In this document: positions 10,464 through 18,610 of the stretch, piece after piece
How the letters are laid out: each line of letters starts with the position of its first letter
Position numbering within the stretch: position 1 is the first letter of the stretch
NCBI GenBank assembly: GCA_902550555.1
Contig: CACCZR010000001.1
Span: 86,191 to 150,190, forward strand
DNA length: 64,000 bases
Direction: 5' to 3'
Source of the DNA: an uncultured SAR116 cluster alpha proteobacterium
Lineage (GTDB): Bacteria > Pseudomonadota > Alphaproteobacteria > Puniceispirillales > Marisalimonadaceae
Translations under genes and position numbers: made by a program
The notes under the pieces: generated by a model
The model's database searches: none
The model's input: the letters and a program-made list of their open reading frames with translations, nothing else
Told to the model about the DNA's origin: nothing

Positions 10464-11633
10464 ATGCTCCAAACTGTTAAAGTTAATAAAAAATATTTTA
10501 CAAAGCTTGATTTATCAAAAGTACCCTCTCCATGTTACGTTATTGACACTAATGTTCTAGAAGATAATTTAAAAATATTTAATAAGTTAAAAACTGATAC
10601 AAATGTTAAAATTCTTCTGGCATTAAAAGCATTTTCTCTAAAACATTTATTTCCTATTATTTCAGATGCGTTAGATGGTGTTTGTGCATCTGGATTAAAT
10701 GAAGCAAAGCTTGGCAAAAAATACTTTGGAGGGTTAATAAGTACTTATTCACCTGCATTTAAGTCATCTGAATTTAGTAAAATTATGAAATATTCACACC
10801 ACATTACTTTTAATTCTATTTCGCAAATCAACAAATATAAAAAATTATGTATTGATAAAAAAATTGATATTGGTATTAGAATTAACCCTTTATATTCTGA
10901 AGTTGAAGTTTCAAAATATAATTCTTCAAATTTAAGTTCTCGACTAGGCATTCATATAAATCAATTAGATAAACTTGACTTTAACAATATTACAGGAATT
11001 CATTTTCATTCTTTATGTGAACAAAATTTTGATACCTTAGAAAATACATGGAATAAGATTTGGCCATATTTAAAAAATATAGTTAAAAACTTAAAATGGA
11101 TAAATTTAGGAGGAGGACACCATATTACAAGGTCAGATTATAATTTAAATAAATTAACTAAATTTCTTTTAGACTTAAAAACAAAAACAAATTGTCAAAT
11201 TATATTAGAACCTGGTGAGGCAATTGTTTTTCAATCAGGCATTTTAGTTGGTGAAATTTTAGACTATATTCGTGGAGATAATAACAAAATTCCAAATATT
11301 GGCATTACTGATATAAGTCCTGTTTGTCATATGCCAGACGTAATTGAAGCCCCATATAGGCCATTATTGATGAATGAACCAACTAAAGGAAAAAAAGTTA
11401 TTTTAGGTGGTCCAAGTTGTCTAGCTGGAGATATTATTGGTGAATATAATTTTTTAAACAATCCAAAGATAGGAGATAAAATTGTTTTCTTAGATCAAGC
11501 CCATTATACATTAGTTAAAACTAATTTTTTTAATGGGATTAACCATCCTGAAATTGTATTATGGAATAGTAGTAATAATGATTTGAAAGTGATCAAATCT
11601 TTTGATTTTAAAGATTTTGAAAAAAGAAATTAA
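10464..11633 (+). CDS. nspC: Carboxy(nor)spermidine decarboxylase
   Basis: 389 aa DAP-decarboxylase-like PLP enzyme (LALKAF..., EPGEAIV, GGPSCLAGD). 1-nt gap after the dehydrogenase gene. Confidence 0.8.
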   Translation: MLQTVKVNKKYFTKLDLSKVPSPCYVIDTNVLEDNLKIFNKLKTDTNVKILLALKAFSLKHLFPIISDALDGVCASGLNEAKLGKKYFGGLISTYSPAFKSSEFSKIMKYSHHITFNSISQINKYKKLCIDKKIDIGIRINPLYSEVEVSKYNSSNLSSRLGIHINQLDKLDFNNITGIHFHSLCEQNFDTLENTWNKIWPYLKNIVKNLKWINLGGGHHITRSDYNLNKLTKFLLDLKTKTNCQIILEPGEAIVFQSGILVGEILDYIRGDNNKIPNIGITDISPVCHMPDVIEAPYRPLLMNEPTKGKKVILGGPSCLAGDIIGEYNFLNNPKIGDKIVFLDQAHYTLVKTNFFNGINHPEIVLWNSSNNDLKVIKSFDFKDFEKRN

Positions 11634-11634
11634 A

Positions 11635-12501
11635 ATGATCAATATAAAAAAAAAAAATTTTTTAGAAGAAGAATTATCAGAAAAAGAAAAGAGTTTTAAC
11701 TTTTCTAAATTTCACATTTTACCTATACCTTTAGAAAAGACTGTGTCTTACGCTAAAGGGACATCCAAAGCTCCAGAAATTATAATCAATGCTAGTAATC
11801 AACTTGAAAGAAATAATAACAGCCCATGTGATTTTGGCATATATACACATGATACAATTGATTGCTCCTTAAATTTCAACTCAATTTTTCAAAATATAGA
11901 AAATTTAATTTTTGAAATTTTAAAAAAAAATAAAATTCCTGTTTGTATAGGTGGTGAACACAGTTTGACATTTGCGGTAATTAAAGGGTTTAAAAAAAAA
12001 TATAGTAACTCTAATGAAAATTTTGGCATAATACAATTTGATGCTCATGCTGATTTAAGAAAAACATACAATGGAGACATAAATTCTCACGCAACTGTGA
12101 TGTATAAAATACATAATGAAAATATTCCAATATTTCAATTTGGTGTTAGAGCACAATCTGATGAAGAGATTAAATTAAGAGATGAATTAAATATTGATTT
12201 TAAAACCATAGATGATTACAGAAAAAATCCAAACATTACATTACCCAAAAAATTTCCAAAAAATATTTATATTACATTTGATTCAGATTGCTTGGATCCA
12301 TCTATTATGCCTGCTACAGGAACTCCCGTTCCAAACGGATTATATTATAATGAAACTTTTTTGATTTTAGAAAAATTATTAGAAAATAGAAAAATTATTG
12401 GAATTGATTATGTTGAATATTCGCCAATAGAAAGTTTTCATGCTTATGATTATATATCAGCAAATATTATATATGATCTAATGAAGCTTTGTTTAAAATA
12501 A
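11635..12501 (+). CDS. speB: Agmatinase (arginase/ureohydrolase fold)
   Basis: Mn-binding motifs IQFDAHADLR, GGEHSLT and FDSDCLDPS. Start moved to the ATG at 11635, 1 nt after the nspC stop. The track ORF starts at 11602 inside nspC. Confidence 0.8.
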   Translation: MINIKKKNFLEEELSEKEKSFNFSKFHILPIPLEKTVSYAKGTSKAPEIIINASNQLERNNNSPCDFGIYTHDTIDCSLNFNSIFQNIENLIFEILKKNKIPVCIGGEHSLTFAVIKGFKKKYSNSNENFGIIQFDAHADLRKTYNGDINSHATVMYKIHNENIPIFQFGVRAQSDEEIKLRDELNIDFKTIDDYRKNPNITLPKKFPKNIYITFDSDCLDPSIMPATGTPVPNGLYYNETFLILEKLLENRKIIGIDYVEYSPIESFHAYDYISANIIYDLMKLCLK

Positions 12502-12502
12502 A

Positions 12503-13438
12503 TCAGGATTCTTGCAACCATTTTTCAGCATCCAAAGCAGCCATGCAACCCATACCAGCGGCTGTGATGGCTTGTCTATATATTTTGTCAACACAATCAC
12601 CAGCAGCAAAAACACCATCGACATTGGTTAAAGTAGATCCCTTTTCTTTAACTTCAATATAACCTTCATTGTCCAACAAAATTTGATCTGCAAAATATGC
12701 AGTGGAAGGAACATGACCAATAGCTACAAATGCTCCATCTACATTTATCATTTTTTTTGATTTATCTTTGGTAGATATTAAATCCAAACTATTTAACCCT
12801 TTATCATCTCCAACAAAATCATCAACTACATAATTCCATAAAAATTCAATATTTTCTTTAGAAAAAACTCTATTTTGCAATATTTTTTCAGCTCTTAGAG
12901 TATCTCTTCTATGAATTAAAATTACTTTTTTACATATATTAGATAGATATAATGCTTCTTCAACAGCAGTATTTCCACCACCAATAACTGCAACATTCTT
13001 ATTTCTATAAAAAAAGCCATCACAAGTTGCACAAGCTGAAACACCTTTGCCATTAAATTTTTTTTCGCTCTCAATCCCAAGCCAACGAGCTTGTGCTCCC
13101 GTACAAATTATCACAGATTTAGTTTTGATGATTTTGCCACTGTCACATTTAATTATTTTTAATTTGTTACTAAAGTCAACACTCGTGACTAATTCATTTA
13201 TTATTTCTGCACCAACGTTTAAAGCCTGCTCTTTCATTTGATCCATAAGCCAAGGACCTTGAATAACATCAGAAAAACCAGGGTAATTTTCAACATCGGT
13301 GGTGATAGTTAATTGTCCGCCTGGTTGAAGACCTTCCAAAATTAAAGGTTTTAAATTTGCTCTAGCCGTATAGATCCCAGCGGTTAATCCAGCAGAACCT
13401 GTTCCAATAATAACTACATCTCTTATCACATCATTCAT
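12503..13438 (-). CDS. trxB: Thioredoxin-disulfide reductase
   Basis: 311 aa. GTGSAG FAD motif, redox-active CATCDGFF and GGGNTA NADPH motif. Confidence 0.9.
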   Translation of the reverse strand: MNDVIRDVVIIGTGSAGLTAGIYTARANLKPLILEGLQPGGQLTITTDVENYPGFSDVIQGPWLMDQMKEQALNVGAEIINELVTSVDFSNKLKIIKCDSGKIIKTKSVIICTGAQARWLGIESEKKFNGKGVSACATCDGFFYRNKNVAVIGGGNTAVEEALYLSNICKKVILIHRRDTLRAEKILQNRVFSKENIEFLWNYVVDDFVGDDKGLNSLDLISTKDKSKKMINVDGAFVAIGHVPSTAYFADQILLDNEGYIEVKEKGSTLTNVDGVFAAGDCVDKIYRQAITAAGMGCMAALDAEKWLQES

Positions 13439-14304
13439 AAAATTTTATCTCCCTTAAAGACAATAGTTTTTTTCCCATTTAAAAAAACTCTGCCCTGACT
13501 AAAATTTTTTATAGCTTTATATAAAACTCTTGCTTCAATATCTTTTCCAATTGCGACTAAATCACTTGGACTAAGTTCATGATCAACTTTTTCAATATCT
13601 TGTTCAATTATAGGGCCTTCATCTAAATTTTCGTTAACAAAATGTGCGGTTGCTCCAATTATTTTAACTCCTCGTTCATAAGCTTGATGGTAAGGTTTTG
13701 CTCCCTTAAAACTTGGTAAAAAGCTGTGATGAATATTTATAATTTTTCCATAAAATCGATTAACAAAATTTTTCGACAAAATTTGCATGTACCTCGCTAA
13801 AATTATAATTTCAATTTTATTTTCATCTATAAATTGAATGATATTTTTCTCTTGATGTAACTTATCATTGTTGATTGGAAAATGGTGAAAAGGTATATTT
13901 TCTACCAAAGATATTTTTTTCAAATCATTATGATTTGATATAACTGCTTCGATCGATAAATTTAGGTTTTTATTTTTTGTTTTATTAATTAGTTCTACCA
14001 AACAATGATCAAATTTTGATACTAAAATAAGAGTTTTAAGTGTTTTATGTATATGTTTGATTTCATAATTAGCATTCAAAATATCCGATAAATTTTGAAA
14101 TTCTTTTTTAATAGTTTCTATGTTTAATTGATTTGGCAATTGAAAACTTTGTCTAATAAAAAAACTATTTGTATCCTGATCAGTAAACTGTTTAGATTCA
14201 ATGATGTTACAGTTATTATTCGCCAACAGGGTTGAGATTTTCGAAACTATCCCAACTTGATCCTTACAATTTAAACGTAATAAATAAATTTTATTTTGAT
14301 CCAT
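13435..14304 (-). CDS. purU: Formyltetrahydrofolate deformylase
   Basis: 289 aa. N-terminal ACT domain (LRLNCKDQVGIVSKIS) plus a formyltransferase core (INIHHSFLPSFKGAKPYHQA). ATGA overlap with trxB. Confidence 0.85.
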   Translation of the reverse strand: MDQNKIYLLRLNCKDQVGIVSKISTLLANNNCNIIESKQFTDQDTNSFFIRQSFQLPNQLNIETIKKEFQNLSDILNANYEIKHIHKTLKTLILVSKFDHCLVELINKTKNKNLNLSIEAVISNHNDLKKISLVENIPFHHFPINNDKLHQEKNIIQFIDENKIEIIILARYMQILSKNFVNRFYGKIINIHHSFLPSFKGAKPYHQAYERGVKIIGATAHFVNENLDEGPIIEQDIEKVDHELSPSDLVAIGKDIEARVLYKAIKNFSQGRVFLNGKKTIVFKGDKIL

Positions 14305-14335
14305 GTATTTTCTTATATTGTAATTAATGGAAAAA

Positions 14336-15139
14336 TTAAATTAAATTTTTTGAAATTATCTTAATAAATTCTTTTGGCTTCTCAACATGTAACCAGTGTC
14401 CTGTATCTTCAATTTTAAAAAATTTAAGATTTCTAAATAGAGTTCTAAATTTATCTTTATATTTTTCATTTATATAAGGACTATCTCCACCAAAAATACA
14501 TAAAGTATCGATTTGAGATGTGTTTGAAATTATATCAAATGGGAAACCTCTTAAGTCTTTCATTCCCTTTTTAATAGCATTCAAATCTAAAGACCAGGAA
14601 TATACCCCATTAATAAAATTTAAATTTTGTAATAAGAATGATCTTAATTCTTTATCATTAATATAATTAGATAATTTTGAATCCACTTCGTTTCTACTTT
14701 TACAATTTTTAACATCTATCTTTAAAAGATAATCAACAATCTCTATTTCTTCTCTTGGGTAATCGACTGGAGCGATGTCTACAACAAATAATTGTTTCAC
14801 AAATGTTGGATATAGGAGTGAAAATAGCATGCCTAATTTTCCACCCATTGAATGACCTATAATTGATATTTTAGAGATGTTTTTGCTTTGAATAAATTCA
14901 TATACATCTTTAGCCATTATTGAATAAGAAATTTCAGTTGATGGCTCATTTTCTCCATGATTTCTTAAATCAAAAACTATAAAAAGACCATCAACTATCA
15001 AGCTTAATCTTAAGGCGATAGAATGCCAATTTTTTGCTCTACCAAAAAGACCATGAAAAATAAAATGTATCTTTCGATCATTAAAAGACGATATTTGATT
15101 AATTAATAGCTTCCCATTATTATAAATATTAAATTTCAT
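14336..15139 (-). CDS. Alpha/beta-fold hydrolase (YbfF-like esterase)
   Basis: 267 aa. HGLFG oxyanion region, nucleophile elbow GHSMGG and a C-terminal GHW His. Confidence 0.7.
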   Translation of the reverse strand: MKFNIYNNGKLLINQISSFNDRKIHFIFHGLFGRAKNWHSIALRLSLIVDGLFIVFDLRNHGENEPSTEISYSIMAKDVYEFIQSKNISKISIIGHSMGGKLGMLFSLLYPTFVKQLFVVDIAPVDYPREEIEIVDYLLKIDVKNCKSRNEVDSKLSNYINDKELRSFLLQNLNFINGVYSWSLDLNAIKKGMKDLRGFPFDIISNTSQIDTLCIFGGDSPYINEKYKDKFRTLFRNLKFFKIEDTGHWLHVEKPKEFIKIISKNLI

Positions 15140-15202
15140 CTTAATTTTTTATTTAATTTTTAAATTGATTGTCGTACTTATTATATATAATTGGAGATTA
15201 AA

Positions 15203-15457
15203 ATGGCAAATGTAATTAATATAACTGATCATATCAAAGATAATCATGATGAACAATTGATGACAAAAATCAAATTGTGCAGAATTAGAGATGAGATAGA
15301 AGAAAAACTAAACAATTACTCTCTTAACGAAAATAATGAACTTGCTGTAAGTCTTTCTTCAGGAAGATATTCTGCTATGAAGTTAACTAAATTAATTGGT
15401 AAAGAAGAAACAATTCAATTTTTTAAAGATTGCATTGAAACTGCTAATAAATCTTAA
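15203..15457 (+). CDS. Hypothetical small protein
   Basis: 84 codons from the ATG at 15203 (the track starts at TTG 15191). No recognisable motif. Coding status inferred only from ORF length in an AT-rich context. Confidence 0.35.
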   Translation: MANVINITDHIKDNHDEQLMTKIKLCRIRDEIEEKLNNYSLNENNELAVSLSSGRYSAMKLTKLIGKEETIQFFKDCIETANKS

Positions 15458-15458
15458 T

Positions 15459-15773
15459 TTAAGAAATCCTACTAATATTGCCAGCAACTTCTGCCCCTAG
15501 ATCTATTGATAAAGAATTTGTTTTTAAGTTTCCTTCTACTCTTGCGCTACTTGAGACATTAAGCGTATTTGCAGCAACTTCTCCTTTAACAAGTCCTCCT
15601 AAAGTGACTTTATCTGCAATTAAATTACCATCAAAAACACTATTTGATTCTAATAGCACGTCTTTTGCTCTCAACTCTCCCTTAAATCTTCCAGCAATTA
15701 CAACTGCAGAGCCAGAAGAGTCTAATGTCCCTTCCATAATTAATTCTTCTGATATGTATGTTGTTTCACTCAT
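15459..15773 (-). CDS. Bactofilin (DUF583) paralog 3
   Basis: 104 aa made of beta-helix repeats (VIAGRFKGEL.A.DVLL....VFDGNLIADKVTLGGLVKGEV.A..L.V...ARVEGNL....L.I..GAEV.G). Confidence 0.85.
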   Translation of the reverse strand: MSETTYISEELIMEGTLDSSGSAVVIAGRFKGELRAKDVLLESNSVFDGNLIADKVTLGGLVKGEVAANTLNVSSSARVEGNLKTNSLSIDLGAEVAGNISRIS

Positions 15774-15816
15774 TTTTCACCTATTCTAAATTATATTTAA
15801 TTTTTTAAACTATTTA

Positions 15817-16191
15817 CTATTCTTTAGCGTTTTTTGTTTCTTCAGTTTGTTCTTGCTTTTTTGATTGATCTTTCTTGTCCCAATTATGAACTACACGACA
15901 GTTAAGAGCAGCACCTCTATCCATCTGCAAAGATTTATATTGTATTTCACCACTAATTCTTGAGCTTTCTGTTAGCCAAATACTGTCGGCTTTCATTTTT
16001 CCTTCATATTCTCCAGCAATAACAACTAGATCTGATTTAACTGCACCTTTAAAATTACCAGTATTTCCAATTGTAACTTTTTCAGTGACCAAATCTGCTT
16101 GTACAACTCCATTAATTTCAATAGACTTAGCATTGGTAATTTTTCCTGTAAATTTTGCTCCATTTCCTAGAACTGCTTGTTTGTCTGCCAT
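15817..16191 (-). CDS. Bactofilin (DUF583) paralog 2 with Lys/Glu-rich C-tail
   Basis: 124 aa. LGNGAKFTGKI...IEINGVVQADL...VTIGNTGNFKGAV...LVVIAGEYEGKM repeats. Tail KKDQSKKQEQTEETKNAKE. Confidence 0.85.
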   Translation of the reverse strand: MADKQAVLGNGAKFTGKITNAKSIEINGVVQADLVTEKVTIGNTGNFKGAVKSDLVVIAGEYEGKMKADSIWLTESSRISGEIQYKSLQMDRGAALNCRVVHNWDKKDQSKKQEQTEETKNAKE

Positions 16192-16219
16192 AATAACACC
16201 TTTTAATATTATATTTTAC

Positions 16220-16555
16220 TTATTGTTTCTTTTTTCCCAATTGAGCTTCAACTTTTGCACCTTCTTCTATAGATATATTATCGTATGATACCTCTCCATT
16301 TACAGAACCAGTTGAACGAATTGAAACAACTTCTGATAAAACTTGTCCATCAAATTTACCAGCTATTGAAACTAACTCAGCATCAATATTCCCTTTAAGA
16401 ACTCCTGATTCCTCTATAGATAGACTATTGCATTTGATATCGCCTACAACATTTCCAAGTAATACTAGTCCTCCAGAAGCGGTAATTTTTCCTTTTATCT
16501 TCATATCTGACGATATAATTGATTTTTCTACTTCACCATCTGTTTTATTTGCCAT
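16220..16555 (-). CDS. Bactofilin (DUF583) paralog 1
   Basis: 111 aa. MKIKGKITASGGLVLLGNVVGDIKCNSLSIEESGVLKGNIDAELVSIAGKFDGQV repeats. Confidence 0.85.
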   Translation of the reverse strand: MANKTDGEVEKSIISSDMKIKGKITASGGLVLLGNVVGDIKCNSLSIEESGVLKGNIDAELVSIAGKFDGQVLSEVVSIRSTGSVNGEVSYDNISIEEGAKVEAQLGKKKQ

Positions 16556-16649
16556 TTTACTTTTCCTAATCTAAATAAAAGTTTATAATATATGAATTAA
16601 TTGAATTCATAATAAACTATATTTGTTTTTATTATAATTCAATCAATTT

Positions 16650-16677
16650 TGGTATAAATAGTGCAATATACAAGCCA
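16650..16677. promoter_or_regulatory. Candidate overlapping, divergent sigma54-type promoters (palindromic GG-N10-GC-N10-CC)
   Basis: Plus strand TGGTAT-AAATA-GTGCA (16650-16665) faces the ATG at 16705. Minus strand TGGCTT-GTATA-TTGCA (16677-16662) faces the bactofilin gene at 16555. Both use the same GC at 16663-16664. Confidence 0.4.
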
Positions 16678-16704
16678 AGTATCAGTAATTATAGGATTAT
16701 TAAT

Positions 16705-17067
16705 ATGGCAGAACAAATAATTGATATTCGAGAGCGAATAGAAAAGATGCGAATCAAATTTAAAGATGATCATAAAAGCGATATATATGACGTATCTAAT
16801 AGTGAAAAAAAAGTCCTTTATGAAGAAAAAAAAGAAATTAGTAATTTATCTAATAATGATATTAATAATAAAAAAGAAGATATTAATCCGAATGAAATCA
16901 ATAACTTAACAAAACAAGAAACTTTATCTCAAAAAAGTAAAGAATTTCCTTCAGTTCAATTGTCAGTTAAAAACCCAATTTCTTCTAAAGTTTTAGTATT
17001 TCTAATGCTATTACAGGTATTTTCGAATATAGGAATATTTATGCTATTATTCAATGTATTGGAGTAA
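16705..17067 (+). CDS. Hypothetical protein with charged N-terminal region and C-terminal hydrophobic tail
   Basis: 120 aa. Ends in the TM-like segment VLVFLMLLQVFSNIGIFMLLFNVL. Same reading frame as the downstream M23 gene, separated from it by a single TAA. Confidence 0.45.
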   Translation: MAEQIIDIRERIEKMRIKFKDDHKSDIYDVSNSEKKVLYEEKKEISNLSNNDINNKKEDINPNEINNLTKQETLSQKSKEFPSVQLSVKNPISSKVLVFLMLLQVFSNIGIFMLLFNVLE

Positions 17068-17187
17068 AAACTGAATAAATCAACAATTACAAAACTTAGT
17101 AAAAAACTTCCTCCCGTAAAAAAAGGTATAAGGTTTGGTGATCTTTTCTCAAAGCCTAAGGTTGGACTATTATCTGAACGTAGATTT

Positions 17188-18414
17188 TTGATTTTCACGA
17201 AACGTGGTCCTATAGAAATACACTTTAAACTTTCTCACTACCTTTCCTTAGCTTTAACTATAGTGGTTGGTGTATCGAGTATTATTTACTATTCAATTGT
17301 TGGCATTTCATCTGCAATTGATGTCGCACAAAAAGATATTATTACTGAAGCATCAGCAAACTTACCAACAAATGTTAAACAAGATAAGTCAAATAATATT
17401 GAATCAAACTCAGTTTTAAATGAAATAAATATTGATGAAACAAAATCAAATAATAACAAGATTGGTCTTGAAACAAATATTAGCTTACCTGAACAAACTA
17501 ATGAAATTTATTTTAGTTCTAAAGTAGTTAAAAACTCTGAAAATTTTATCAAAGATAAGATTTATGCTGATAAATTAAACAATTCAAAAAAAATTGAAAC
17601 ACAAAACACAAAAGTTGTCTCTAATTCAAAAATTTATTCCAGTAATACTGATGAAGACTTATTTAAAAAAAATGAATTGAATAATAATATAGATGTAGAA
17701 AGTCAAAATAATGATAATGCTTTTTATATATCACCACCAAAGCTTGATGAGAGAGCGTCTAATATTAGATTTATTTCTTCTTTAGATAATGAATTGTCTA
17801 ATTTAGAAAAAGTATTTCTTAAACTAGATTTAGAACTTAAAGATAAAAGGATTAGTAAGGTAAAAGATTTAATTGATACAGAACTAGATTATAATAAAAA
17901 TGCTGAAAAATTTTTAATGGCATTTAGAGAACGTTTAGATTTACTTGCGATTTATAAAAATGCGTTAGAATTTATACCTCTTAAACCACCTATGGAACAT
18001 TATTATGTAACTAGTAAATATGGAAAAAGAAAACACCCAGTAACAAAAAAATGGCGTTTTCATCATGGTATTGATTTAGCAGGAACATGGCAGGAAAATA
18101 TTAAGGTATCAGCTGATGGAGTTGTAACTTTTGCAGGATATCATGGTTCATTTGGGAAAGTAATTAGAATAAAGCATAATTATGGAATTAAAACTACTTA
18201 TGGACATCTTGCAAAAATATTAGTTAAAAAAGGACAAATCGTTTCTGAAGGTCAGATAATTGGTAAAATGGGAAGAACTGGGCGAGTAGATGGCGCTCAC
18301 TTACATTATGAGATTTCAGTTAATGGAAAATCAAGAGATCCTGCTATTTACTTTTCGATTGGAAGAAAATTATTAAGTAGAAATAGCCTAAAATCAATTG
18401 CAGATTTAAATTAA
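17188..18414 (+). CDS. Membrane-anchored M23/LytM-family metallopeptidase
   Basis: C-terminal HHGIDLAG (HxxxD) and GAHLHYEI (HxH) motifs, an N-terminal TM (LSLALTIVVGVSSIIYYSIVG) and an Asn/Lys/Ser-rich linker. The TTG at 17188 is the first canonical start, but the open frame with protein-like sequence extends up to 17068. Confidence 0.8.
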   Translation: MIFTKRGPIEIHFKLSHYLSLALTIVVGVSSIIYYSIVGISSAIDVAQKDIITEASANLPTNVKQDKSNNIESNSVLNEINIDETKSNNNKIGLETNISLPEQTNEIYFSSKVVKNSENFIKDKIYADKLNNSKKIETQNTKVVSNSKIYSSNTDEDLFKKNELNNNIDVESQNNDNAFYISPPKLDERASNIRFISSLDNELSNLEKVFLKLDLELKDKRISKVKDLIDTELDYNKNAEKFLMAFRERLDLLAIYKNALEFIPLKPPMEHYYVTSKYGKRKHPVTKKWRFHHGIDLAGTWQENIKVSADGVVTFAGYHGSFGKVIRIKHNYGIKTTYGHLAKILVKKGQIVSEGQIIGKMGRTGRVDGAHLHYEISVNGKSRDPAIYFSIGRKLLSRNSLKSIADLN

Positions 18415-18416
18415 TT

Positions 18417-18432
18417 TGGCATATGAAATGCA
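18417..18432 (+). promoter_or_regulatory. Candidate sigma54 promoter
   Basis: TGGCAT-ATGAA-ATGCA with GG-N10-GC spacing. The -12 GC lies 27 nt upstream of the ATG at 18458, the same geometry as the flagellar promoters in this window. Confidence 0.45.
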
Positions 18433-18457
18433 CTATCTCCTAAAGAGGTGTATTATA

Positions 18458-18610
18458 ATGAAACAATTTAATAGAAATGAAAATCTAAAAATTAATGAGA
18501 TCTTTGATCTTAAAATTAACTTAAAAATTTTTAACAAAAATAATAAAGTTTATAAAAAGAAAATTTTACCCTTAAAAATCTTAGCTAATATAGATTTAAC
18601 CAGTAGATAA
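18458..18610 (+). CDS. Candidate 50-aa Lys/Asn-rich small protein
   Basis: AGAGG Shine-Dalgarno 9 nt upstream of the ATG. Sequence MKQFNRNENLKINEIFDLKINLKIFNKNNKVYKKKILPLKILANIDLTSR. The 3' end overlaps the rpoN 3' end by 15 nt. No homology recognised. Confidence 0.3.
   Translation: MKQFNRNENLKINEIFDLKINLKIFNKNNKVYKKKILPLKILANIDLTSR

Noticed and set aside
18416-18610. Full 64-aa track ORF starting at TTG 18416
   Set aside because: The TTG lies inside the putative -24 element and has no SD. Only the internal ATG at 18458, which has an AGAGG SD, is considered plausible (see findings).
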